From an uncultured Methanosarcinales archaeon (GTDB lineage: Archaea; Nanobdellota; Nanobdellia; Woesearchaeales; UBA11576): a stretch of DNA of 24,000 nucleotides. Under the pieces are notes generated by a model that worked only from the letters and a program-made list of their open reading frames with translations, did not search any database and was not told where the DNA came from. The first letter of the stretch is position 1; each line of letters begins with the position of its first letter. The position numbers were made by a program, and so were the translations under genes. Positions 15,454 to 23,797 of this stretch are shown here, in pieces. The stretch spans positions 42,624 to 66,623 of the forward strand of contig CAZLYC010000009.1 of NCBI GenBank assembly GCA_964563755.1. Direction: 5' to 3'.

Positions 15454-18261
15454 TCAGTTGCAGTTAAGCGGTATAGGGTCCATAAATACGCCTTCAGCAT
15501 ACAACCTGTAATTCTTAGCGTCATGCTCCATAACTGAAGTGGGAATCCTTGTGCCTATAATCTTTCCTACATATGTCCAGTTAGTATCATACGGCACTTT
15601 TTTATCAAGACCCATTTCTCGCTGGCAGTGCTTGTATCCATAAGCTCGGGTAACTGTCGGCCAGTCATCGCATTCAATCGTCTGCTCAGTGCCTGGAAAC
15701 ACACCTGGCCCGGTTATTATCTCAAATCTGCTTGTATGTCCTGGATTAACAGATACTGTGCCTGATGCCAGGACTTCCATCTCTACCTCATCAGGCAAAT
15801 CATAAATTCCTTTTTCAATGACTCTCTTAATCACACATGATGCGCTAGTGACTGTTGCATGAGGCAGCAAGACGCGAAGCTTAGTCTGTTTGCAGGTCGT
15901 CTTAGGTTTTGAAGAACTATCAGAAGCGCAGATAGTTATATCATAATATCCTGGAACTGTATTATTAGGTACGGAACCATATTCTTCTGTTCCTCTAAGA
16001 ACGCCAACAGGATCCATAATAATTCCATTCGGTAAACCGCTTGCAGTGAATGTGTATGGGGGCACTCCTCCGACAGGAATCCTAAGAGGTCTATCAATAG
16101 AACTCCACTTTGCTCTATTTTCATTAATCTCTTCAATCGTGCAAGGCTTTATTTCCAACGTCGACGGATCCTGGCATTCCCCTGGATGACATCCATATAT
16201 TGTGTAGTCAGGAGGCATAGAAATCTGTTCGGTGCAGACAGGGTAATAATATGCGTCGTAGACAACAGCAACCTCGATTTCAGAATTAAGATAAAAATCA
16301 ATATCAGATGATTGGACAGGCAGCAACTGCTTCTTACCCTCGACCTGCTGCAGTGTCTTGTCCTCTTCAGAAACTTCCTGCTCCTCTACCTTTTTAGTCT
16401 CAAACATAGCAATAGTAGCATAATCCTTCCCAGAGCTTAGGACGCAGCTTCCTGTACCTGCGCAGTTGAGTTTCCATCCCTTGAAGACATTGCCTTTCCC
16501 AGGTTTTGCAGTAAGAGTCACACTACGAACGCTTCCTGGATAAATCTCTGTGCAGTCACCTTTGCAGCGGATGCCTGCAGGGTCAGACATTATCCTGCCT
16601 TCGCCTTCAACACCGACAAACACTGCCCAGTCAGGAGTTGGGCTGGTTGTCTCAAGCTTTGTAGGGCAAACATCACATATTATCATGTCAAGTCCTGTCT
16701 GGTCAGGAGTCCTGCCCTCATCACGAGTAGGGACTCTTAGCATCCTATCGACTGTCTCTGGAGTCATTAGAATTCCGTTGAACTGAACATCAGGTGTTCC
16801 TATGACAAGAGTCTGCAATGAACCCAATAGCGTTCCGCTGAATGGGACAAATATATCCATGGCAGAATAACCTGCCCTTGTTACGTGGTAGAATAGGAAT
16901 GGAACAATCATATCGCGGGGGTCTTTACCTGTCCTCATCGCTGTAATCTCTATGTCTTTTATGAGTGCTTGTGTTGTCAGCGGTGCGACGTAGCCTACCC
17001 AATTGATGAGTCCGACGGTTGTCAAAGCCCTTCCTAAAGTAGCGCTTCCAGACCTGCCAGCTGCTCTATTTCCAACGTCAACGGAACCCGCAATTGCTTC
17101 GTCGAAGCCCATCCTTTTTGCCCCGCAGCTGAATATGTCACTCACACGAGAAAACTCCCTTCCGCAAGGATCATAATACGATCTAAACTCGTCTTCTACG
17201 GCATCCCCTGTGACATCAATTATTGAAGAACCAGATATTGGTGCTGGCTGCTGGTCGCCATACATCAGCGCTCCAAGAAGCTTATCAGCGTCTGCAAGCA
17301 TTTCTTTGTCGTAAGACAGAGTAACTCCGTTCATTTCCATGAAAGGAACGCTTTTGACAGTGCCTCTTACAACTGATGCGACATCCTTGCGGAAGTCGGC
17401 GTATGCCTTGATTCGAGCATCAACTGCACTGAACAGCGCAGGGTCTACCGAACCAGGGCTTTCATTCTCTGCCATGCTTGCATGATTTTTTAGGTTCTTG
17501 AGTATTCTCACTGAGGAATCTATGAATTCAAGAGTTACCGCGCCAGGTTTTGATGAATAAGCAGGAATCTCATTTACATTGAACCCTTCGATTAAATTGG
17601 AGGATATTTCGCCTGCTGATTTCTTCTGCCTTACAGATATGCTCAACACAGCAGCAGAGACTTCCCAACTTTCTGTATTAAAATATGGAGGGACACCAAC
17701 ATCAACAGAATCTTCCTTAACCAGGACAGGTCTTACTGACACATAGTATCCTTTCCCGTCGGAAAAATCGACGAACTGCTCTGCTTCAAGGTCGAACTTA
17801 CCATAAATAGTGATGACTGAAGCAGGCAAGGCAGACATCGTGCTGAGCCTTTCAATATTCGCCTGCTGCATATCTGCCGAAGGATTCGCCAGCTTCGGAA
17901 TGAACAGAATTGCCGGCCCCGCCACGAAAACCATCATCAGGACAAAAAGTATGCTCGCATCAACCAGCTTTGAGGTTATATTGAATTTCCTCTTTATTAG
18001 TGCAGTGATTATTCCCATGAGCGCAAAACCTACGCTGAAAAAAAGCATGGATCCCAAGAATATCTTAACAAGCCGGTCAATATCTATAGATATGACAAAA
18101 ACAAATAATACGCTGAAAACTATCAGCATGCCAACAAGAGCACGCATGTTGGTCAAAAGAGTGCCAGGTGCTTTAGAATCATGATGCGCTACTGGTTTTC
18201 CGCAGTGGTCGCAGAACTTAGCGCTTTCACCAATTTTTTTGCCGCAATGTGAGCAATCCAT
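15454..18261 (-). CDS. Large membrane-anchored surface protein: N-terminal zinc ribbon, three TM helices, cysteine-rich exodomain with InlB B-repeat-like and Ig-like (He_PIG-like) segments
   Basis: 935 aa: CSHCGKKIGESAKFCDHCGK; three hydrophobic helices within residues ~30-125; GDCTEIYPGSVRSVTLTAKPGKGNVFKGWKLNCAGTGSC (InlB-B-like); FTASGLPNGIIMDPVGVLRGTEEYG (putative Ig). Confidence 0.8.
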   Translation of the reverse strand: MDCSHCGKKIGESAKFCDHCGKPVAHHDSKAPGTLLTNMRALVGMLIVFSVLFVFVISIDIDRLVKIFLGSMLFFSVGFALMGIITALIKRKFNITSKLVDASILFVLMMVFVAGPAILFIPKLANPSADMQQANIERLSTMSALPASVITIYGKFDLEAEQFVDFSDGKGYYVSVRPVLVKEDSVDVGVPPYFNTESWEVSAAVLSISVRQKKSAGEISSNLIEGFNVNEIPAYSSKPGAVTLEFIDSSVRILKNLKNHASMAENESPGSVDPALFSAVDARIKAYADFRKDVASVVRGTVKSVPFMEMNGVTLSYDKEMLADADKLLGALMYGDQQPAPISGSSIIDVTGDAVEDEFRSYYDPCGREFSRVSDIFSCGAKRMGFDEAIAGSVDVGNRAAGRSGSATLGRALTTVGLINWVGYVAPLTTQALIKDIEITAMRTGKDPRDMIVPFLFYHVTRAGYSAMDIFVPFSGTLLGSLQTLVIGTPDVQFNGILMTPETVDRMLRVPTRDEGRTPDQTGLDMIICDVCPTKLETTSPTPDWAVFVGVEGEGRIMSDPAGIRCKGDCTEIYPGSVRSVTLTAKPGKGNVFKGWKLNCAGTGSCVLSSGKDYATIAMFETKKVEEQEVSEEDKTLQQVEGKKQLLPVQSSDIDFYLNSEIEVAVVYDAYYYPVCTEQISMPPDYTIYGCHPGECQDPSTLEIKPCTIEEINENRAKWSSIDRPLRIPVGGVPPYTFTASGLPNGIIMDPVGVLRGTEEYGSVPNNTVPGYYDITICASDSSSKPKTTCKQTKLRVLLPHATVTSASCVIKRVIEKGIYDLPDEVEMEVLASGTVSVNPGHTSRFEIITGPGVFPGTEQTIECDDWPTVTRAYGYKHCQREMGLDKKVPYDTNWTYVGKIIGTRIPTSVMEHDAKNYRLYAEGVFMDPIPLNCN

Positions 18262-18319
18262 TCCTGCACGTGCAGTCGTTCACGTACTTAATAAGCATTT
18301 CTATCTATCAATAGAAGAT

Positions 18320-18571
18320 CTATCCCCTCTTCCAGGAGTTATGGCCCCATTGGATGAGGATATCAAAATCATTCGGCAGAGCGGGAGTATCGCACGCGCC
18401 AAAGCATGAACCAGCCCAGACAAAAATGTCTGCCTTGGTCTTTCTCTTAAGAAAATTAACAATCTCTTTTGCCTTTGGCTTCAGGCCGTCCGGCAGCTGG
18501 ATGCATACCTTCTTCGCCTTCTCGCTGCTGATCAGGCCAGCAGCACGCTCCAACTCCAGGTCGTATTCCAT
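18320..18571 (-). pseudogene. dph2: N-terminal fragment of diphthamide biosynthesis enzyme Dph2
   Basis: MEYDLELERAAGLISSEKAKKVCIQLPDGLKPKAKEIVNFLKRKTKADIFVWAGSCFGACDTPALPNDFDILIQWGHNSWKRG* matches the archaeal Dph2 N-terminus (QLPeGLkp, CyGACD, D-l--H-GH), then stops at ~83 aa. Confidence 0.82.
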
Positions 18572-18616
18572 AATAGATAAAAAAGCAATCCAGTTTAAAA
18601 AACTTGTTCTGGTTTT

Positions 18617-18641
18617 CCATACGAACGCCACGCTCGCATGG
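18617..18641 (-). repeat. Near-perfect 25-nt hairpin (11 bp stem, 3-nt loop)
   Basis: Minus strand CCATGCGAGCG TGG CGTTCGTATGG: 9 Watson-Crick pairs plus 2 G-U pairs. Confidence 0.7.
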
Positions 18642-18720
18642 CTAATACATCCGTTTATGTTCGCCCAACTGCGAGGTCAATAGACAGAGTTCTCTGACGC
18701 TCGCCAGGTGGCGTTCGTAT
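18619..18720. repeat. 13-bp perfect inverted repeat flanking a 76-nt spacer
   Basis: ATACGAACGCCAC (18619-18631) and GTGGCGTTCGTAT (18708-18720) are exact reverse complements. Confidence 0.85.
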
Positions 18721-18752
18721 TGGATGAATTGCTGAACTGTTCTGACTTCTTT

Positions 18753-18893
18753 TCAGTTCAATTCCAGGAATACGTCATCCAAATCGTGTCGTGAGAGGTG
18801 CTTCTTGTTGAGGACGCTCTCGAATGAGCTCCTAGACCGTCTCATCTTCTCCTTAATCTCGAATAAAACTTCATCGTCTTTCTCCATTCTCAT
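18753..18893 (-). CDS. Possible 46-aa small protein
   Basis: MRMEKDDEVLFEIKEKMRRSRSSFESVLNKKHLSRHDLDDVFLELN*; ATG preceded by AGGGTGA. Below the ORF-track length cutoff. Confidence 0.4.
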   Translation of the reverse strand: MRMEKDDEVLFEIKEKMRRSRSSFESVLNKKHLSRHDLDDVFLELN

Positions 18894-18938
18894 TCACCCT
18901 CGATATGTTGTTATTATAATGATGATAATTATTATTGC

Positions 18939-20969
18939 TCATTTGAGCCTTATCAGGCTCATCCTGTCAAAGTCCTTCGTATCTATGGTAAGCTCAACAA
19001 GGAACTTGCCGCCTTCCTCGTCGTTGCATCTCGCAAGGAACTCCTCCTGCATCTGGCCAGAATACTTCGCGACCATCTTGCCGAACACGACCTCTCCCTT
19101 ATCGGTCAGCTCGACTCCCAGTTTCGGTTCGTCCACAAAAAATTCGTTCGCCGCAGGATGATTGGATGACCTCATGTTATCATACATCGCCCTAAGTATT
19201 ATCTTTCTCCTAGACCACCTGTAGTATATCACATTCTTCATGTCAGAACGGCTCTTCTGCGGATTAATCGCTATCTGCTTGTCAATAGCGCCTGAGAATC
19301 TGGGCACCTCTGTAACTATCTGCTTGATTTCAGGCGAGAAAATTTCACATTCAGGTATAAGAGAAGTGAACGAGTCATCGTCCCCCAGGGCATAGCTGAA
19401 ACGCAGCCTGTGACCTAGAAGATGATATGTATCTGCCCCTCTGCATTCTTCACTCAAGAAATTCCTCTTGTGCAGCGCAGCCAGGCAGACCTTTTTTGAA
19501 AGATCCTCGACCAACCCGCCGAGATTCATCACTCCTTCTTCAGTCATGACAAGATGCCCTAGTCTTTTATCATCTTCTATGAAATACCTGCCAAAATCAG
19601 GATGATTATCATTCTTCATGTGCCTTGCGACTATATTCTCCGCGACAGAATCAACAATGCCTTTTGTCAAAGACCTGATGTACTCTGCAGTCATCCTGCC
19701 TTCCGGCACAGGAGCGATATCAATCCTAAAATTCCTAAGGTACGGATTGCTTGAATCAAGATACAATTTTTTCGCGGACTCGACTGAAAATCCCTGCTCA
19801 GACTTTGTCTTTGCCTCGCACTCAGGTTTTATCTTTAGGTAGAAAGGAGCAGGACCTGTCTCATTCATCGACATTATAGATTCAAGTATGATGCTTGTGA
19901 GCTTGTCGTACTGCCTCTCAAGCTTAGTCTCGCCTTCCTCTGTGAACGTGAACATCACTCTTTCTTCATTCCCTTTGCGCTGCGTAACTCTGCGCATGTA
20001 TCTCTCAAAAAATGGATGATTGGAATCACTCATCTGGTGCCCGAGTGCATTAAGCGCGGCCTTTCTCGCGAAGGCATCATAAGCATCGAGCCTCTCTTCA
20101 TCATCAAGCCCTTCTGTATCAGGCAGATAATCCCTTATGACAATCTTCGTCTCAGGATTCAGCATCAGATGCTTGATATTTATGCTTGAAACTTCCGTCT
20201 TTGCAGGGTTAAGATTTGTCTTTATCCATACAACCCCTCCTTCATCTATCCCGGGCATGGTAAGAAGCCGCGGCATGAAATCTTTTGTGACCATCTCTGA
20301 AAAACCAAGAAAATCAATCCTTGACCTGTCTGCAACGTACTCTTTACCTTCAAGCTTTAAGAACTTGTACAGCTCAGGATGCTTGGAATCAGAAAGATTC
20401 TTCAAGATGACGTCGCGTTCCAGCGCCGAGGATATCTGTTCCTGTATCACTGAAGACTTGTCTTTTACGCTCATATGAGGAAGATTTAGCACGAATGTGT
20501 GCGTTATATCCGAATCAAAATATTTCCTCTTGAATGTCTGTATCGAAAGACCGTCTGCGTTCATGTTGCCAGCGACACGGAACCTCGCGCCATTCATCAC
20601 TCCATCCGCCTTCGATACATATTCCATCAGCATGTCAGCGTACTTCTCGACAATGCTTCCTATGTCAGATGCATGCTCGTTTTTTGGCGTCCTTGTCTCA
20701 ATGAACTCGGTATTGAGCATATTGCCTTCGTTATCATGTATGGGTGTCGTGCTCATGTCGAAATACTGAAGATACCAATCTGCATTTTCCTTGACGCTCG
20801 GGTCGATTATCCTGTCCATCAGGAAATCCCTGACAGCCTGTCTTATCTCGAAATCAGGATTTTCAGAACCTAAGACTTTCGGGATGTCCATTATTGCGTT
20901 GAACATTATGTTAGGGTAGACTCGACCTCCAGCAATGACCTGAAGCGCTTCTACTTCGTAACCGGTCAA
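18939..20969 (-). CDS. Protein of unknown function with multiple internal imperfect repeats
   Basis: 676 aa long open frame with recurring (S/D)NHP-x2-(F/Y)x2(Y/F)...(T)xxGE modules. Listed start is TTG; the frame stays open upstream to a stop at about 21119. Confidence 0.8.
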   Translation of the reverse strand: MTGYEVEALQVIAGGRVYPNIMFNAIMDIPKVLGSENPDFEIRQAVRDFLMDRIIDPSVKENADWYLQYFDMSTTPIHDNEGNMLNTEFIETRTPKNEHASDIGSIVEKYADMLMEYVSKADGVMNGARFRVAGNMNADGLSIQTFKRKYFDSDITHTFVLNLPHMSVKDKSSVIQEQISSALERDVILKNLSDSKHPELYKFLKLEGKEYVADRSRIDFLGFSEMVTKDFMPRLLTMPGIDEGGVVWIKTNLNPAKTEVSSINIKHLMLNPETKIVIRDYLPDTEGLDDEERLDAYDAFARKAALNALGHQMSDSNHPFFERYMRRVTQRKGNEERVMFTFTEEGETKLERQYDKLTSIILESIMSMNETGPAPFYLKIKPECEAKTKSEQGFSVESAKKLYLDSSNPYLRNFRIDIAPVPEGRMTAEYIRSLTKGIVDSVAENIVARHMKNDNHPDFGRYFIEDDKRLGHLVMTEEGVMNLGGLVEDLSKKVCLAALHKRNFLSEECRGADTYHLLGHRLRFSYALGDDDSFTSLIPECEIFSPEIKQIVTEVPRFSGAIDKQIAINPQKSRSDMKNVIYYRWSRRKIILRAMYDNMRSSNHPAANEFFVDEPKLGVELTDKGEVVFGKMVAKYSGQMQEEFLARCNDEEGGKFLVELTIDTKDFDRMSLIRLK

Positions 20970-21318
20970 CCTGTTGTAGACTGAGAATTCCTTGTTCTGT
21001 TTGCATGACTCTTTGAGTCACTTAAGATAATCAATCTGCGCAGCAGTGCAACTCTCAATGATACTTTCAATAGATGGTCCGCTACCTTCTCCTTTGTCAG
21101 TACGTCCTTGCAACGTCACGTCCCTTGCTCCTTTTTGCTGCGATTTTTACTATCTAGCCTTTTTTCTAGCAGTATAGGTATCGCTAGCGTTTAACATCTC
21201 AACAACACCTTATTGTTACTTCTAAGTGACTACTACGAGCACTTATATTTAAATGTTCCTGTTTTATTTATAAATGATTTTAAATAATTTTTCCTTTAGA
21301 AGATAGAAAAAGGCAGGT

Positions 21319-23280
21319 TTAATCCTGCTTTAAACCAATAAAAATCCTTATTAGTATGCCAAGAACGAAGCACACGACCGCGGTAACCGCAAGAGAGTCT
21401 GTGACGCCTGTCATGCCTGAAAAGAAAAATACTATTGCAGATATCAATATGACAAATGCTGCTCCAATAAGGATATTTGAAAAAATCCTGCTCTTCCTGA
21501 AAGGCACCTTCGCCTTATCGGATTTCCCAGATTTTTTCGTATTCTCTTCCTTCTCAATAGCACGCATCTCTTCCTCTTCATATCTCGCTAGCTTCTTCTC
21601 AGCCTTCTTCGCTGCCTTGAGCTCCTTTGCGTATGCCTTCATCTCACGCCTCTTCTCACCAAGTAGCGCGCTCTGCACGTCGACCTGGTCCTGAAGCGAT
21701 GAGACCGCTGACACGAGCTTGTCGAACTGCTTCCTGCCGACAAAATTAGATTTGATATCCTCTGCAACGAATCTCAGTCTCTTGTTCAAATCCTCAATAT
21801 CAGAGCCTTCAGCCATGCTGTCCTGCAGCCCCAGCATCTTCTCATTGAGCTTCTCAAGATCATTGCTTATGGAATCGAAAGCATCTTCAAGGTCGCTCAC
21901 ATCAGCAAGCGTTTTCATGTCCTTCCTGATTTTCTTCTCGACAGTGCCAAGGTCCTCTGCATTCGCCTTTATCTTGAGATCAGATATGCCTGACTCGCGC
22001 CTGACCAGCTTCACAAGATCGTCGAACTTGTTCTTTATCGCCCTGTTCGTCTCTGAAAGACGTTCCATCAGGTCTGAGAATATGCTTTGAGTCTCTTCCC
22101 TTGGAGTCGCAACTTTCTTCAGCAACGCAAGGTCTTTAGCAAGAGTCTCGACTGCCTTGTTGGTCCTCGCCATCTCTGACTCCAGCTCTTTCTTCGTCGA
22201 GTATTCCTTGCCTATCATCGATATGTCATTTGACGCTGTCTTTATGTCCTTTTTCAGGTTGTCGAATTCCTTGTTCAGGTCCTCGACCAGATTCTCTGCC
22301 TGCGCCTTCTTCAGCATGAGTGACATCTCGCCCCTGACAGACGCGAGTTCCTTGCCCATAAGAGCCTTAACTTCAGATATCCTTTCTGAAAGCTTGTCAC
22401 TTGCCTTGTCTGTCTGTTTTGACAATGAAACATGCTTGTTCTCGTTCGCCTTGACAAAATCCTTAAAAGCAGTCTCTATGCCTTTTGAAAACTCATCAAG
22501 CGATACAGCATTGAGCTTCGAGAACTCCTCGAATTTCTTCTCGAGCTTCGCTGCCTTCTTCTCTAAATCCGTCACGAGAGCGAATCTCCTCTCGCCATCG
22601 TTAACATCCGCAATCATGCCCTTGATCCTGTCGAACTCTGAGTTCACGTCACCGAGAAGCGAATCTATCTGCTCATCGCTGACCTTGCCTTTGAGCTCTG
22701 ACCTTACCTCTGACTTGAGCCTCTCGAAATCCTCGCGGACCTCCTCAGATCTTCTGTTGAGGTCATTGCTCCTCTTCTCAAGCTCGTTCTTGGTGATTGT
22801 GTCTTTTATCGACCTGAGCTCTTCTATGCTCTTCTTGACCTTGTCGAATTCCTCGTTGATATCCTTTGCCAGGCCCTTGGTCTGGTCTTCAGTAGCGGCA
22901 GATTTTGAGAGATCATTGAGATCATCCCTGAGCTTCTCTATCTCCTTTGCAATATCTTTAGAATGGCTTTCGAACTCTGTCTCAGTGACTGTCTTGCTGT
23001 CCATCTCATCGAGCTTCTTCTCGACTTCCCAGACCTTCTTCAGCCCTTCGTTCAGCTCTCCTATCTTTATCTTGAGAATGTTGAACTTGTCTACTGTGAC
23101 AAAATCAGACTTGCTTTCCTTTAGTCCCTGCTCAATCTGCGAGAGCATTATGCCCTGCTGGTGCTGGCTCTCCCTAAGAGCATTCATGTCGCTCTTTATG
23201 TTGCTAAAAGAACCTTTCAATGCTCCATCCAATTCCCTGAAGCTGTGGGACCTAGAAAATTCGCTGTCTGCATTAGCCAT
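21319..23280 (-). CDS. Long coiled-coil protein with C-terminal membrane anchor (two TM helices)
   Basis: 653 aa, Lys/Glu/Leu-rich heptad-like sequence throughout, ending ILIGAAFVILISAIVFFFSGMTG...DSLAVTAVVCFVLGILIRIFIGL. Confidence 0.85.
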   Translation of the reverse strand: MANADSEFSRSHSFRELDGALKGSFSNIKSDMNALRESQHQQGIMLSQIEQGLKESKSDFVTVDKFNILKIKIGELNEGLKKVWEVEKKLDEMDSKTVTETEFESHSKDIAKEIEKLRDDLNDLSKSAATEDQTKGLAKDINEEFDKVKKSIEELRSIKDTITKNELEKRSNDLNRRSEEVREDFERLKSEVRSELKGKVSDEQIDSLLGDVNSEFDRIKGMIADVNDGERRFALVTDLEKKAAKLEKKFEEFSKLNAVSLDEFSKGIETAFKDFVKANENKHVSLSKQTDKASDKLSERISEVKALMGKELASVRGEMSLMLKKAQAENLVEDLNKEFDNLKKDIKTASNDISMIGKEYSTKKELESEMARTNKAVETLAKDLALLKKVATPREETQSIFSDLMERLSETNRAIKNKFDDLVKLVRRESGISDLKIKANAEDLGTVEKKIRKDMKTLADVSDLEDAFDSISNDLEKLNEKMLGLQDSMAEGSDIEDLNKRLRFVAEDIKSNFVGRKQFDKLVSAVSSLQDQVDVQSALLGEKRREMKAYAKELKAAKKAEKKLARYEEEEMRAIEKEENTKKSGKSDKAKVPFRKSRIFSNILIGAAFVILISAIVFFFSGMTGVTDSLAVTAVVCFVLGILIRIFIGLKQD

Positions 23281-23395
23281 TATAGTGACACCTTTAATCC
23301 GCTTTTAGATATACCTAAACCCCCTATAACTGAAACGTATTATAACTACTGAAGAAAAGCAAAAATATATTTAAACCTTTCGGTAGTGAAACTAT

Positions 23396-23743
23396 TTAAA
23401 TGGTTTTCTTGTTATCGTCGTGAAGCCCTTTTTTCCCAAGGGGTTTTCTCCAGAACTTCTTACACGTAAGGCAGTAATAAATGAGCCTGCCCTCATGCAC
23501 CCTGACCCTTAGGTTCTTTCCAGGAAGAAGAAACACATGACAGTGCTGGCAGAACATCCTTTTATACCTTGAAGGAAGCCTCAGCCTGAACTTCATCGCG
23601 ACTTTCCTTGCAATCGCGACATAATCAGAAGCAATCTTGATATCTTTTTTTGCGACTTCTTCCGCAAGACCAAAAAGACTCTCTATGTGGAACCTCGCAA
23701 TCCTGACATTCTCATCAGACTTCCTCTTGTACGCCTTTTTCAT
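23396..23743 (-). CDS. rnp4: Ribonuclease P protein component 4 (Rpp21/Rpr2)
   Basis: 115 aa: RIARFHIESLFGLAEEVAKKD...YVAIARKVAMKFRLRLPSRYKRMFCQHCHVFLLPGKNLRVRVHEGRLIYYCLTCKKFWR, with paired CxxC Zn ligands. Confidence 0.92.
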   Translation of the reverse strand: MKKAYKRKSDENVRIARFHIESLFGLAEEVAKKDIKIASDYVAIARKVAMKFRLRLPSRYKRMFCQHCHVFLLPGKNLRVRVHEGRLIYYCLTCKKFWRKPLGKKGLHDDNKKTI

Positions 23744-23797
23744 GCGTTTAAAAAAGGTGGCAAAACTTTATAAACATATTGAAATTCGTAAAATCAC

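Noticed and set aside
18903-18940. AT-rich trinucleotide-like tract (ttattataatgatgataattattattg)
   Set aside because: Short, irregular and intergenic; probably ordinary AT-rich spacer rather than a functional repeat.
22157-23308. 383-aa plus-strand ORF
   Set aside because: Antisense shadow of the coiled-coil gene 21319..23280. The Ser/Phe/Leu-rich translation is what the opposite strand of Lys/Glu/Asp codons produces.
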